Virus genome (UHGV): UHGV-0061377
Length of the DNA: 44,710 nucleotides
Source of the DNA: a virus
Reading direction: 5' to 3' (one strand)
Every line of letters starts with the position of its first letter. The first letter of the stretch is position 1. The position numbers and the translations under genes were made by a program. Below the pieces are notes generated by a model. The model was not told the origin of the DNA, did no database searches, and saw only the letters and a list, made by a program, of their open reading frames with translations. This document shows, piece by piece, positions 17,111 to 31,439 of the stretch.

Positions 17111-17469
17111 ATACTTACTGCATCACACTACCCTGGCCGCCGAGCAATAATCGCTATTACCGCCATAATCGCGGACGCACGCATATCAGCGCAGAGGGGC
17201 AGGCATACCGCGATAATGTCGCCCGAATCATTAAAAACGCAATGCTGGATATCGGCCTGGCTATTCCTGTGAAAATCAGCATTGAGTGCCACATGCCGGA
17301 TCGCCGTCGCCGTGACCTTGATAATCTGCAAAAGGCCGCTTTTGACGCACTCACCAAAGCAGGTTTCTGGCTGGATGATGCTCAGGTCGTTGATTACCGC
17401 GTTGTGAAGATGCCCGTTACCAAAGGTGGGAAGCTGGAGCTGACTATCACTGAACTGGGAGATGAATGA
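17107..17469 (+). CDS. rusA: Holliday junction resolvase RusA
   Basis: 120 aa, near-identical to E. coli prophage RusA ([50 protein letters not shown]...). Confidence 0.92.
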
Positions 17470-17606
17470 TGTTTGAGTCTTATATGGCAGAACGTCTTCG
17501 CCGCCGCTGGGTGCGCCTGCGCTTATATCGTTTTCCTAGTTCTGTTTTGACCGATTACCGGATACTGAAGAATTACGCCAAAACACTGAAAGGAGCTGCC
17601 GCATGA
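17466..17606 (+). CDS. ylcG: YlcG-like small protein
   Basis: 46-aa ORF ([46 protein letters not shown]) between rusA and Q, overlapping both. Confidence 0.5.
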   Translation: MMFESYMAERLRRRWVRLRLYRFPSSVLTDYRILKNYAKTLKGAAA

Positions 17607-18292
17607 ATACCCAATATTTACAGTATGTCCGCGAGCAACTCATTGTGGCTACCGCTGATTTGAGCGGAGCAACGAAAGGACAGCTTGAAGCCTGGCTGGA
17701 GCATGCACAATTTGATACTGGTACATACAAACGAAAGAAGCCGCGCATTCTGGATGAGGTAACTGGCAGGATGATTACGCTGGATAATCCGCCGATTTCC
17801 GGTAAGCAGTTGTACGCAAAAGGTTCATCCATTGCACTGGTCAGCCAGGTTGAGTTCTCAACCTCGTCATGGCGCCGCGCGGTTCTGTCTCTCGAAGAAC
17901 ATCAGAAAGCGTGGTTGCTGTGGAGTTACAGCGAAAGTGTTCGCTGGGAACATCAGGTCACCATAACGCAGTGGGCATGGAGCGAGTTTAAGACTCTGTT
18001 GGGTACCAGGAAAATTGCAGGTAAAACACTGGAACGTTTGAAGAAGTTGATCTGGCTGGCGGCACAGGATGTGAAGAACGAGCTGGCAGGGCGTAAGACC
18101 TATGAATACCAGGAGCTGGCATCACTGGTGGGAGTGACATCAAAAAACTGGTCTGAGACATTTACTGAACGCTGGGTTGCAATGAAGCACATTTTTCTAC
18201 AGCTTGATAGCCAAGCTTTATTGCTTTTAACGAAAACACGTTCAAAACAAAAGACCATATTTTCACAGCAAGATATTGCAAAACTGGATTAA
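17603..18292 (+). CDS. Late-gene antiterminator Q-like protein (not lambda Q type)
   Basis: 229 aa. Assigned by position: after rusA/ylcG and directly upstream of a promoter/terminator region and the lysis cassette. Sequence is unlike lambda Q. Confidence 0.45.
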   Translation: MNTQYLQYVREQLIVATADLSGATKGQLEAWLEHAQFDTGTYKRKKPRILDEVTGRMITLDNPPISGKQLYAKGSSIALVSQVEFSTSSWRRAVLSLEEHQKAWLLWSYSESVRWEHQVTITQWAWSEFKTLLGTRKIAGKTLERLKKLIWLAAQDVKNELAGRKTYEYQELASLVGVTSKNWSETFTERWVAMKHIFLQLDSQALLLLTKTRSKQKTIFSQQDIAKLD

Positions 18293-18359
18293 AAATCATA
18301 TATTTTATGTAAATCTGATATTTTGCCAATGTTGTACGCACTGGCAGTAATCCAAATTC
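18293..18359 (+). promoter_or_regulatory. Candidate late promoter pR' / qut region
   Basis: AT-rich noncoding stretch between the Q-like gene and the first terminator. Exact -35/-10 not assigned. Confidence 0.3.
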
Positions 18360-18392
18360 AAGCCCGAGGTTTAAAGCCTTGGGCTTTTCTGT
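18360..18392 (+). terminator. Intrinsic terminator (tR'-like; would end a 6S-like short transcript)
   Basis: agcccgagg-tttaaag-ccttgggct hairpin followed by tttctgtttct. Confidence 0.65.
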
Positions 18393-18473
18393 TTCTGAAC
18401 GGTTAGTAGCCTTCCAACCTACCCCAGCCAGGGTGTCTTCAGCTGTTGAGTTGATATTGCTTAACCCTCTGTT

Positions 18474-18496
18474 GCCAGCTACATGCTGGCTTTTTT
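18474..18496 (+). terminator. Second intrinsic terminator upstream of the lysis genes
   Basis: gccagc-tacat-gctggc hairpin followed by tttttt. Confidence 0.6.
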
Positions 18497-18601
18497 ATTC
18501 CAGGCTTGCGGGGAGCATCAACTCCGTGCTTTGTCGTTAAATTACCCCGTGAGCCTGATTTCTGACATTTAACGTCCCGGCCTTTTGTCGGCGGCGAAAC
18601 A

Positions 18602-18919
18602 TTGGCTATTCATATGCACGAAAAAGAGAGCCTTGCCGGAGCGTTCTGGCTCGTTTTGCTGATCATCGCAGGTTGGGGCGGTCTGGTCCGCTACCTGATA
18701 GATGTGAAGCAGAGTAAAGCAACGTGGAGTTGGATAAATGCTCTGGCTCAAATAGTGGTATCAGGATTCACCGGTGTTATTGGTGGCCTGATCAGCATCG
18801 AAAGTGGATTCAGTATTTACATGATTCTCGCGACAGCGGGGATTAGTGGTGCGATGGGTTCGGTTGCACTGACGTACTTCTGGGAACGACTGACAGGGGT
18901 GAAAAATGCAAAATCTTAA
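18602..18919 (+). CDS. S: Holin (three predicted TM segments; possible dual-start holin/antiholin)
   Basis: 105 aa, first gene of the lysis cassette, overlapping R. N-terminus MAIHMHEK has two Met codons separated by a His. Not lambda S type. Confidence 0.65.
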   Translation: MAIHMHEKESLAGAFWLVLLIIAGWGGLVRYLIDVKQSKATWSWINALAQIVVSGFTGVIGGLISIESGFSIYMILATAGISGAMGSVALTYFWERLTGVKNAKS

Positions 18920-19382
18920 TCCTCAGCGTAAAGCCTTCCTCGATATGTTGGCGTGGTCAGAAGGAACGGATAACGGGCGACAACCGACACGTAACCACGG
19001 TTATGATGTTATTGTTGGCGGCGAACTGTTTACTGATTACTCCGATCACCCTCGCAAACTTGTCACGCTACACCCCAAACTCAAATCAACAGCCGCCGGA
19101 CGTTATCAGCTTCTTTCACGCTGGTGGGATGCTTACCGTAAACAGCTTGGTTTGAAAGACTTCTCCCCCAAAAGCCAGGACGCAGTGGCATTACAGCAGA
19201 TTAAAGAGCGTGGTGCTTTACCGATGATTGATCGCGGTGATATCCGTCAGGCAATCGACCGTTGCAGCAATATCTGGGCTTCACTGCCGGGCGCTGGTTA
19301 TGGTCAGTTCGAGCATAAGGCTGACAGCCTGATTGCAAAATTCAAAGAAGCTGGCGGAACGCTCAGAGAGAGTGAGGTATGA
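18906..19382 (+). CDS. R: Endolysin R (lytic transglycosylase)
   Basis: 158 aa, near-identical to lambda R (..[49 protein letters not shown]...). Confidence 0.95.
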   Translation: MQNLNPQRKAFLDMLAWSEGTDNGRQPTRNHGYDVIVGGELFTDYSDHPRKLVTLHPKLKSTAAGRYQLLSRWWDAYRKQLGLKDFSPKSQDAVALQQIKERGALPMIDRGDIRQAIDRCSNIWASLPGAGYGQFEHKADSLIAKFKEAGGTLRESEV

Positions 19383-19840
19383 GCAGAATAACCGCGATTA
19401 TCTCCGCTCTGGTTATCTGCGTCATCGTCTGCCTTTCATGGGCGGTTAATCATTACCGCGATAACGCGATTACCTACAAAGCCCAGCGCGACAAAAATGC
19501 CAGAGAACTGACGCTGGCGAACGCGGCAATTACTGACATACAGATGCGTCAGCGTGATGTTGCTGCGCTCGATGCAAAATACACGAAGGAGTTAGCTGAT
19601 GCGAAAGCTGAAAATGATGCTCTGCGTGATGATGTTGCCGCTGGTCGTCGTCGGTTGCACATCAAAGCAGTCTGTCAGTCAGTGCGTGAAGCCACCACCG
19701 CCTCCGGCGTGGATAATGCAGCCTCCCCCCGACTGGCAGACACCGCTGAACGGGATTATTTCACCCTCAGAGAGAGGCTGATCACTATGCAAAAACAACT
19801 GGAAGGAACCCAGAAGTATATTAATGAGCAGTGCAGATAG
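19379..19840 (+). CDS. Rz: Inner-membrane spanin Rz
   Basis: 153 aa, near-identical to lambda Rz. Confidence 0.95.
   Translation: MSRITAIISALVICVIVCLSWAVNHYRDNAITYKAQRDKNARELTLANAAITDIQMRQRDVAALDAKYTKELADAKAENDALRDDVAAGRRRLHIKAVCQSVREATTASGVDNAASPRLADTAERDYFTLRERLITMQKQLEGTQKYINEQCR
19599..19781 (+). CDS. Rz1: Outer-membrane lipoprotein spanin Rz1 (embedded in Rz, +1 frame)
   Basis: 60 aa with lipobox and proline-rich segment ([24 protein letters not shown]...PPPPPAW), as in lambda Rz1. Confidence 0.9.
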   Translation: MRKLKMMLCVMMLPLVVVGCTSKQSVSQCVKPPPPPAWIMQPPPDWQTPLNGIISPSERG

Positions 19841-19871
19841 AGCTGCCCATATCGATGGGCAACTCATGCAA

Positions 19872-20165
19872 TTATTGTGAGCAATACACACGCGCTTCCA
19901 GCGGAGTATAAATGCCTAAAGTAATAAAACCGAGCAATCCATTTACGAATGTTTGCTGGGTTTCTGTTTTAACAACATTTTCTGCACCACCACAAATTTT
20001 TGCTGCATCGACAGTTTTCTTCTGCCCAATTCCCGAAACGAAGAAATGATGGGTGATGGTTTCCTTTGGTGTTACTGCTGTAGGTTTGTTTCCAACAGTA
20101 AACGTCTGTTGAGCACATCCTGTAATAAGCATTGCCAGAGCGGCAGAAAACAACATTTTTTTCAT
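19872..20165 (-). CDS. bor: Bor lipoprotein (serum-resistance-associated)
   Basis: 97 aa from the internal ATG (MKKMLFSAALAMLITGCAQQTFTV...), near-identical to lambda Bor. Confidence 0.92.
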   Translation of the reverse strand: MKKMLFSAALAMLITGCAQQTFTVGNKPTAVTPKETITHHFFVSGIGQKKTVDAAKICGGAENVVKTETQQTFVNGLLGFITLGIYTPLEARVYCSQ

Positions 20166-20645
20166 CTTATTATCCTGCATTGTTAAAAACGGCAGAATCC
20201 TATGTGACAACAATTAAACGATAGTTAAATGGATTGATGAAAATTAAAACTACACAGGTGGGCTCAGACTATTGGAGGAAGTTGGGGACACTCAGAATCC
20301 TGTGGAATGAAATAAACCGGTCTATCCGTCCATTACCCTTTTAGCTGCGCTGTATCGTCGCCGTATTCCCGCATTAACCATGACCGTAGCCCGACGGGGA
20401 ATTCCTTCTGCGTGAGTGTGCGGGAATAATTAAAAACGATGCACACCGGGTTTTTACCGCGTTAATGATTCGCGGGTTTATCCCGGTGCGATGGTGGAAG
20501 AAACAGGAAGCTGTATTACAGAAAGTGCTACTACTGTATCCCGATGCGATGTATGTAATGTGAGTCAGATAATGGCACAGGATGTGGTGATGTGGCAGTC
20601 TGGAACACAGGATATATTGTCAGAATAAGACCCGTAGGAATAAAA

Positions 20646-20972
20646 ATGAAAAGACGCCTTTTACTACTTTTTCTGTTATCTGTCCTGGCAGTGGGATGCT
20701 CGCAGCAAAAAGCTGATGAGCCCCGGCAATTAGTAACGGTGTATCCACGATATCCGGAATATGCTGCAGCAAATTATATCAAGGGGCTGGTTGAGGTTAA
20801 GTTCGATATTGGTGCTGATGGGACTGTGACACGGATCGTTTTTCTCCGCTCAGAGCCTCATAATTTGTTTCGTGATGAAGTGGTGAAGGCCATGGCGAAA
20901 TGGCGATTTGAAAAGAATCGCCCCTGTCAGGGAGTGAAGAGACAATTTATCTTTACGCCGTCACGTCCTTGA
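20646..20972 (+). CDS. Small lipoprotein, possibly with a TonB-C-terminal-like fold
   Basis: 108 aa from the internal ATG, with signal peptide and lipobox (LLSVLAVGC). Sits where lambda has an uncharacterised envelope-protein ORF. Confidence 0.5.
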   Translation: MKRRLLLLFLLSVLAVGCSQQKADEPRQLVTVYPRYPEYAAANYIKGLVEVKFDIGADGTVTRIVFLRSEPHNLFRDEVVKAMAKWRFEKNRPCQGVKRQFIFTPSRP

Positions 20973-21094
20973 TGCTTCCAGGTAGAGAGGGGCTGGAAGC
21001 AGGAGAAAAATGAAAGAGCCAGCGGTTATATTTTTGTCATGGCTGACGAGGAATGATGGAAGAAGGCGTTGTATGCCACACAACGCCTCACTGT

Positions 21095-21274
21095 TCATTT
21101 CTTCTTTTTCTCTGGTGGAACCCGATGAATAAGAGTTGTACTGGTTTCCGATGAGATGGCGATATACTCGGGCAAAGTATGCTGGCAGTTTTCCAACTGG
21201 TCAAAAATACCTGCTCTCGTCTGTTGCAATGCCTGCAGCATGCGGCGGCAATGCGCCTTGCTTTTACTAACCAT
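21095..21274 (-). CDS. Hypothetical small protein
   Basis: 59-aa reading from an internal ATG (MVSKSKAHCRRMLQALQQ...). The longer reading would overlap the next ORF. Confidence 0.25.
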   Translation of the reverse strand: MVSKSKAHCRRMLQALQQTRAGIFDQLENCQHTLPEYIAISSETSTTLIHRVPPEKKKK

Positions 21275-21335
21275 CTTTCCTTCCTCTATCAGTCGCTGCG
21301 TGAACTCATCATGGAATACCAGGTAAATGCGGATG

Positions 21336-21587
21336 TTATCGGTTTTGGCTACGCAGCATAGTACAAAACGGACAGGTGCATCCCGGGACGGGGGAGGCGT
21401 CACATGTCCCTGTGATGGTTGTTCCGGGTAATGTACTGTGTGGGGCATAAAAATGTCCGATAATTTTACTTTCTACCGCAGTTAGTTGATTCGTTGGTCC
21501 TGGTAGCACATTGGGCGAGGATTTAAATGCCAGGCAACTGAAGGATGATGTCGCAAGGGAGATAGCGAGAATATTTCTGATTTTCAT
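21336..21587 (-). CDS. Hypothetical small secreted protein
   Basis: 83-aa reading from an internal ATG (MKIRNILAISLATSSFSCLA...) with signal-peptide-like N-terminus and Cys-rich C-terminus. Confidence 0.3.
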   Translation of the reverse strand: MKIRNILAISLATSSFSCLAFKSSPNVLPGPTNQLTAVESKIIGHFYAPHSTLPGTTITGTCDASPVPGCTCPFCTMLRSQNR

Positions 21588-21735
21588 TTGATGATGCCTC
21601 TGTGTGAAATGACGGTAAACGACGCACTTGTGCCGGCACATAATAGCAAGCACCATAATAGATCAGATTCGATTCTTGCTGTAAGTGATAATTATTCTCG
21701 TTTTCGGGTCCTTTCCGTCGATCCAACAGGTTACG

Positions 21736-21747
21736 GGGCGGCGACCT
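21736..21747 (+). other. cos: cosN cohesive-end site (12-nt GGGCGGCGACCT), followed by a cosB-like region
   Basis: ttacg-GGGCGGCGACCT-cgcgggttttcgctatttatgaaaattttccgg is identical to the lambda right-end/left-end junction as I recall it. Inverted repeats (ggtccgacatgaaaa / ttcatgtcggacc) lie at about 21840-21900, before nu1. Confidence 0.85.
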
Positions 21748-21922
21748 CGCGGGTTTTCGCTATTTATGAAAATTTTCCGGGGAAAATCATGTCGGTACTT
21801 CTCGAACATAACTATTTGTTTTTTCTAATATCGAATCCGTAAAGGTCCGACATGAAAACGCCTAAAAAAGTCATTTTCGGGCACTTTCATGTCGGACCCT
21901 GTATTTATTGCGAGACTGTTTC

Positions 21923-22442
21923 ATGAAGGTTAATAAAAAGAAACTTGCCGAAATTTTCAACGTGGATCCGCGAACGATTGAACGCTGGCAGTCTCAGGGA
22001 CTCCCTTGCGTCTCCGGAGGTGGTAAGGGCGTTGAATCTGTATTTGATACCGCCATGGCAATTCAGTGGTATGCGCAGAGGGAAGCTGATATCGAAAATG
22101 AAAAACTCCGTAAAGAGGTTGAGGATTACAGGGCTGCCAGCGAGGCAGATCTCCAGCCTGGGACTATTGAGTACGAACGCCATCGACTTACGCGTGCGCA
22201 GGCTGACGCCCAGGAGCTGAAGAATGCCAGAGACTCCGCAGAAGTGGTGGAAACCGCATTCTGTACTTTCGTGCTGTCACGGATCGCAGGTGAAATTGCC
22301 AGTATTCTTGACGGGATCCCTCTCTCGGTACAGCGGCGTTTTCCGGAACTGGAAAACCGACATGTTGATTTCCTGAAACGGGATATCATCAAAGCCATGA
22401 ACAAAGCAGCCGCGCTGGATGAACTGATACCGGGGTTGCTGA

Positions 22443-22468
<26 letters not shown>
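21923..22468 (+). CDS. nu1: Terminase small subunit Nu1
   Basis: 181 aa from MKVNKKKL..., lambda-like throughout and near-identical in the C-terminal two-thirds. Confidence 0.93.
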
Positions 22469-26149
<3,681 letters not shown>

Positions 26150-26169
<20 letters not shown>

Positions 26170-27469
26170 TCTCCCGCATATTGCCAGTATGGCCTTTAAT
26201 GAGCCGCTGATGCTTGAACCCGCCTATGCGCGGGTTTTCTTTTGTGCGCTTGCAGGCCAGCTTGGGATCAGCCGCCTGACGGATGCGGTATCCGGCGACA
26301 GCCTGACTGCCGGAGAGGCACCCGCGGCGCTGGCGTTATCCGTTGATGATGACGGACCACGACAGGCCCGCAGTTATCAGGTCATGAACGGCATCGCCGT
26401 GCTGCCGGTGTCCGGCACGCTGGTCAGTCGGACGCGAGCGCTGCAGCCGTATTCGGGGATGACCGGTTACAACGGCATTATCGCCCGTCTGCAACAGGCT
26501 GCCAGCGACCCGATGGTGGACGGCATTCTGCTCGATATGGATACGCCAGGCGGGATGGTGGCAGGGGCATTTGACTGCGCTGACATCATCGCCCGTGTGC
26601 GTGACATAAAGCCGGTATGGGCGCTGGCCAACGACATGAACTGCAGTGCAGGTCAGTTACTTGCCAGCGCCGCCTCCCGACGTCTGGTCACGCAGACCGC
26701 CCGGACAGGCTCCATCGGCGTCATGATGGCTCACAGTAATTACGGTGCTGCGCTGGAGAAACAGGGCGTGGAAATCACGCTGATTTACAGCGGCAGCCAT
26801 AAGGTGGATGGCAACCCCTACAGCCATCTACCGGATGATGTCCGGGAAACACTGCAGTCCCGGATGGATGCAACCCGCCGGATGTTTGCACAGAAGGTGT
26901 CGGCATATACCGGCCTGTCCGTGCAGGCTGTGCTGGATACCGAGGCTGCAGTGTACAGCGGTCAGGAGGCCATTGATGCCGGACTGGCTGATGAACTTGT
27001 TAACAGTACCGATGCGATCACCGTCATGCGTGATGCACTGGATGCACGTAAATCCCGTCTCTCAGGAGGGCGAATGACCAAAGAGACTCAATCAACAACT
27101 GTTTCAGCCACTGCTTCGCAGGCTGACGTTACTGGCGTAGTGCAAGCGACGGATGGCGAGAACGCCAGCGCTGCGCAGCCGGACGTGAACGCGCAGATCA
27201 CCGCAGCGGTTGCGGCAGAAAACAGTCGCATTATGGGGATCCTCAACTGTGAGGAGGCTCACGGACGCGAAGAACAGGCACGCGTGCTAGCCGAAACCCC
27301 CGGTATGACCGTGGAAACGGCCCGCCGCATTCTGGCAGCTGCACCACAGAGTGCACAGGCGCGCAGTGACACTGCGCTGGATCGTCTGATGCAGGGGGCA
27401 CCGGCACCGCTGGCTGCAGGTAACCCGGCATCTGATGCCGTTAACGATTTGCTGAACACACCAGTGTAA
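26150..27469 (+). CDS. C: Head maturation protease C (with nested in-frame scaffold Nu3 in its 3' part)
   Basis: 439 aa from the GTG start (VTAELRNLPHIASMAFNEPL...), as in lambda gpC. The ORF-track reading from an upstream ATG overlaps B and is not used. Confidence 0.92.
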
Positions 27470-27478
27470 GGGATGTTT

Positions 27479-27811
27479 ATGACGAGCAAAGAAACCTTTA
27501 CCCATTACCAGCCGCTGGGCAACAGTGACCCGGCACATACGGCAACCGCGCCCGGCGGATTGAGTGCGAAAGCGCCTGCAATGACCCCGCTGATGCTGGA
27601 TACCTCCACCCGTAAGCTGGTTGCGTGGGATGGCACCACCGACGGTGCTGCCGTTGGCATTCTGGCGGTTGATGCTGACCAGACCAGCACCACGCTGACG
27701 TTCTACAAGTCCGGCACGTTCCGTTATGAGGATGTGCTCTGGCCGGAGGCTGCCAGCGACGAGACGAAAAAACGGACCGCGTTTGCCGGAACGGCAATCA
27801 GCATCGTTTAA
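27479..27811 (+). CDS. D: Head decoration protein D
   Basis: 110 aa from [12 protein letters not shown]..., lambda gpD-like. Confidence 0.95.
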   Translation: MTSKETFTHYQPLGNSDPAHTATAPGGLSAKAPAMTPLMLDTSTRKLVAWDGTTDGAAVGILAVDADQTSTTLTFYKSGTFRYEDVLWPEAASDETKKRTAFAGTAISIV

Positions 27812-27866
27812 CTTTACCCTTCATCACTAAAGGCCGCCTGTGCGGCTTTTTTTACGGGATTTTTTT

Positions 27867-28892
27867 ATGTCGATGTACACAACCGCCCAGCTGCTGGCGG
27901 CAAATGAGCAGAAATTTAAGTTTGATCCGCTGTTTCTGCGTCTCTTTTTCCGTGAGAGCTATCCCTTCACTACGGAGAAAGTCTATCTCTCACAAATTCC
28001 GGGACTGGTAAACATGGCGCTGTACGTTTCGCCGATTGTTTCCGGTGAGGTTATCCGTTCCCGTGGCGGCTCCACCTCTGAATTTACGCCGGGATATGTC
28101 AAACCCAAGCATGAAGTGAATCCGCAGATGACCCTGCGTCGCCTGCCGGATGAAGATCCGCAGAATCTGGCGGACCCGGCTTACCGCCGCCGTCGCATCA
28201 TCCTGCAGAACATGCGTGACGAAGAGCTGGCCATTGCTCAGGTCGAAGAGATGCAGGCAGTTTCTGCCGTGCTCAAGGGCAAATACACCATGACCGGTGA
28301 AGCCTTCGATCCGGTTGAGGTGGATATGGGCCGCAGTGCGGCGAACAACATCACGCAGTCCGGCGGCACGGAGTGGAGCAAGCGTGACAAGTCCACGTAT
28401 GACCCGACCGACGATATCGAAGCCTACGCGCTGAACGCCAGCGGCGTGGTGAATATCATCGTGTTTGATCCGAAAGGCTGGGCGCTGTTCCGTTCCTTCA
28501 AAGCCGTCAAGGAGAAGCTGGATACCCGTCGCGGCTCTCATTCCGAGCTGGAGACAGCGGTGAAAGACCTGGGTAAAGCGGTGTCCTATAAGGGGATGTA
28601 TGGCGATGTGGCCATCGTCGTGTATTCCGGACAGTACGTGGAAAACGGCGTCAAAAAGAACTTCCTGCCGGACAACACGATGGTACTGGGGAACACTCAG
28701 GCACGCGGTCTGCGCACCTATGGCTGCATTCAGGATGCGGACGCACAGCGCGAAGGCATTAACGCCTCTGCCCGTTACCCGAAAAACTGGGTGACCACCG
28801 GCGATCCGGCGCGTGAGTTCACCATGATTCAGTCAGCACCGCTGATGCTGCTGGCTGACCCTGATGAGTTCGTGTCCGTACAACTGGCGTAA
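27867..28892 (+). CDS. E: Major capsid protein E
   Basis: 341 aa from MSMYTTAQLLAANEQ..., lambda gpE-like. Confidence 0.97.
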   Translation: MSMYTTAQLLAANEQKFKFDPLFLRLFFRESYPFTTEKVYLSQIPGLVNMALYVSPIVSGEVIRSRGGSTSEFTPGYVKPKHEVNPQMTLRRLPDEDPQNLADPAYRRRRIILQNMRDEELAIAQVEEMQAVSAVLKGKYTMTGEAFDPVEVDMGRSAANNITQSGGTEWSKRDKSTYDPTDDIEAYALNASGVVNIIVFDPKGWALFRSFKAVKEKLDTRRGSHSELETAVKDLGKAVSYKGMYGDVAIVVYSGQYVENGVKKNFLPDNTMVLGNTQARGLRTYGCIQDADAQREGINASARYPKNWVTTGDPAREFTMIQSAPLMLLADPDEFVSVQLA

Positions 28893-28933
28893 TCGTGGCC
28901 CTTCGGGGCCATTTTCTCTCTGTGGAGGAGTCC

Positions 28934-29329
28934 ATGACGAAAGATGAACTGATTGTCCGTCTCCGGTCGCTGGGTGAGCAACTGAACCGTGATGTCAGCC
29001 TGACGGGGACGAAAGAAGAACTGGCGCTCCGTGTGGCAGAGCTGGAAGAGGAGCTTGATGACACGGATGACGCTGCCGGTCAGGATACCCCTCTCAGACC
29101 GGAAAATGCGCTGACCGGACATGAAAATGAGGTGGTATCAGCACAGACGGATACCGTGACTGATACGGCTGCTCTGGTCACGGTTGTGGCACTGGTGACG
29201 CTGCATACCGATGCACTTCACGCCACGCGGGATGAACCTGTGGCATTTGTGCTGTCGGGAACGGCGTTTCGTGTCTCTGCCGGTGTGGCAGCCGAAATGA
29301 CAGAACGTGGCCTGGCCAGAATGCAATAA
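28934..29329 (+). CDS. FI: DNA-packaging protein FI
   Basis: 131 aa from MTKDELIVRLRSLGEQ..., lambda gpFI-like. GGAGGAG RBS. Confidence 0.92.
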   Translation: MTKDELIVRLRSLGEQLNRDVSLTGTKEELALRVAELEEELDDTDDAAGQDTPLRPENALTGHENEVVSAQTDTVTDTAALVTVVALVTLHTDALHATRDEPVAFVLSGTAFRVSAGVAAEMTERGLARMQ

Positions 29330-29340
29330 CGGGAGGCGCT

Positions 29341-29694
29341 GTGGCTGATTTCGATAACCTGTTCGATGCTGCCATTGCCCGCGCCGATGAAACGATACGC
29401 GGGTACATGGGAACGTCAGCCACCATGACATCCGGTGAGCAGTCCGGCGCAGTAATACGTGGTGTTTTTGATGACCCTGAAAATATCAGCTATGCCGGAC
29501 AGGGCGTACGCGTTGAAGGCTCCAGCCCGTCCCTGTTTGTCCGGACTGATGATGTGCGGCAGCTGCGGCGCGGCGACACGCTGACCATCGGTGAGGAAAA
29601 CTTCTGGATAGACCGGATTTCGCCGGATGATGGCGGAAGCTGTCATCTCTGGCTTGGGCGGGGCGTACCGCCTGCCGTTAACCGTCGCCGCTGA
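29341..29694 (+). CDS. FII: Head-tail connector protein FII
   Basis: 117 aa, lambda gpFII-like. Confidence 0.95.
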   Translation: MADFDNLFDAAIARADETIRGYMGTSATMTSGEQSGAVIRGVFDDPENISYAGQGVRVEGSSPSLFVRTDDVRQLRRGDTLTIGEENFWIDRISPDDGGSCHLWLGRGVPPAVNRRR

Positions 29695-29705
29695 AAGGGG
29701 GATGT

Positions 29706-30284
29706 ATGGCCATAAAAGGTCTTGAGCAGGCCGTTGAAAACCTCAGCCGTATCAGCAGAACGGCGGTGCCCGGTGCCGCCGCAATGGCCATTAACCGCGT
29801 TGCTTCATCCGCGATATCGCAGTCGGCGTCACAGGTTGCCCGTGAGACAAAGGTACGCCGGAAACTGGTAAAGGAAAGGGCCAGGCTGAAAAGGGCCACG
29901 GTCAAAAATCCGCAGGCCAGAATCAAGGTTAACCGGGGGGATTTGCCCGTAATAAAGCTGGGTAACGCGCGGATTGTCCTGTCCCGACGCAGGCGTCGTA
30001 AAAAGGGGCAGCGTTCAGCCCTGAAAGGTGGCGGCAGCGTGCTTGTGGTGGGAAACCGTCGTATTCCCTGCGCGTTTATTCAGCAACTGAAAAATGGCCG
30101 CTGGCATGTCATGCAGCGTGTGGCCGGGAAAAACCGTTACCCCATTGATGTGGTGAAAATCCCGATGGCGGTGCCGCTGACCACGGCGTTTAAACAGAAT
30201 ATTGAGAGGATACGGCGTGAGCGTCTTCCGAAAGAGCTGGGCTATGCGCTGCATCATCAACTGAGGATGGTAATAAAACGATGA
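29706..30284 (+). CDS. Z: Tail completion protein Z
   Basis: 192 aa, lambda gpZ-like. Confidence 0.93.
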   Translation: MAIKGLEQAVENLSRISRTAVPGAAAMAINRVASSAISQSASQVARETKVRRKLVKERARLKRATVKNPQARIKVNRGDLPVIKLGNARIVLSRRRRRKKGQRSALKGGGSVLVVGNRRIPCAFIQQLKNGRWHVMQRVAGKNRYPIDVVKIPMAVPLTTAFKQNIERIRRERLPKELGYALHHQLRMVIKR

Positions 30285-30676
30285 AACATACTGAACTCCG
30301 TGCAGCCGTACTGGATGCACTGGAGAAGCATGACACCGGGGCGACGTTTTTTGATGGTCGCCCCGCTGTTTTTGATGAGGAAGATTTTCCGGCAGTTGCC
30401 GTTTATCTCACCGGCGCTGAATACACGGGCGAAGAGCTGGACAGCGATACCTGGCAGGCGGAGCTGCATATCGAAGTTTTCCTGCCTGCTCAGGTGCCGG
30501 ATTCAGAGCTGGATTCGTGGATGGAGTCCCGGATTTATCCGGTGATGAGCGATATCCCGGCACTGTCAGATTTGATCACCAGTATGGTGGCCAGTGGCTA
30601 TGACTACCGGCGCGACGATGATGCGGGCCTGTGGAGTTCTGCCGATCTGACTTATGTCATTACCTATGAAATGTGA
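30281..30676 (+). CDS. U: Tail terminator protein U
   Basis: 131 aa, lambda gpU-like. Confidence 0.95.
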   Translation: MKHTELRAAVLDALEKHDTGATFFDGRPAVFDEEDFPAVAVYLTGAEYTGEELDSDTWQAELHIEVFLPAQVPDSELDSWMESRIYPVMSDIPALSDLITSMVASGYDYRRDDDAGLWSSADLTYVITYEM

Positions 30677-30683
30677 GGACGAT

Positions 30684-31424
30684 ATGCCTGTACCAAATCC
30701 AGCAATACCGGTGAAAGGTGCCGGAACCACCCTGTGGGTTTATAACGGGAGCGGCGACCCTTATGCGAACCCGCTTTCAGACGTTGACTGGTCGCGTCTG
30801 GCAAAAGTTAAAGACCTGACGCCCGGCGAACTGACCGCTGAGTCCTATGACGACAGTTATCTCGATGATGAAGATGCGGACTGGACCGCGACCGGGCAGG
30901 GGCAGAAATCCGCCGGAGATACCAGCTTCACGCTGGCGTGGATGCCCGGAGAGCAGGGGCAGCAGGCGCTGCTGGCGTGGTTTAATGAAGGTGATACCCG
31001 TGCCTATAAAATCCGCTTCCCGAACGGCACGGTCGATGTGTTCCGTGGCTGGGTCAGCAGTATCGGTAAGGCGGTGACGGCGAAGGAAGTGATCACCCGT
31101 ACGGTGAAGGTCACCAATGTGGGCCGTCCGTCAATGGCAGAAGATCGCAGTACGGTGACGGCGGCAACCGGTATGACCGTGACGCCTGCCAGCTCCTCGG
31201 TGGTGAAAGGGCAGGGCACCACGCTGACCGTGGCATTCCAGCCGGAGGGCGCAACTGACAAGAGTTTCCGTGCGGTGTCAGCGGATAAAACAAAAGCCAC
31301 AGTGTCGGTCAGTGGTATGACCATCACCGTGAAAGGCGTTGCTGCAGGTAAGGTCAACATTCCGGTTGTATCCGGTAATGGTGAACTTGCTGCGGTTGCA
31401 GAAATCACTGTCACCGACAGTTAA
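30684..31424 (+). CDS. V: Major tail tube protein V (with C-terminal Ig-like domain)
   Basis: 246 aa from [20 protein letters not shown]..., lambda gpV-like. Confidence 0.95.
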   Translation: MPVPNPAIPVKGAGTTLWVYNGSGDPYANPLSDVDWSRLAKVKDLTPGELTAESYDDSYLDDEDADWTATGQGQKSAGDTSFTLAWMPGEQGQQALLAWFNEGDTRAYKIRFPNGTVDVFRGWVSSIGKAVTAKEVITRTVKVTNVGRPSMAEDRSTVTAATGMTVTPASSSVVKGQGTTLTVAFQPEGATDKSFRAVSADKTKATVSVSGMTITVKGVAAGKVNIPVVSGNGELAAVAEITVTDS

Positions 31425-31439
31425 TCCGGAGAGTCAGCG

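Noticed and set aside
18293-18601. Possible tRNA gene in the Q to holin intergenic region, as seen in some Stx-type prophages
   Set aside because: No cloverleaf-compatible sequence and no GTTCGAAT-like T-loop; the region is better explained by the late promoter and two terminators.
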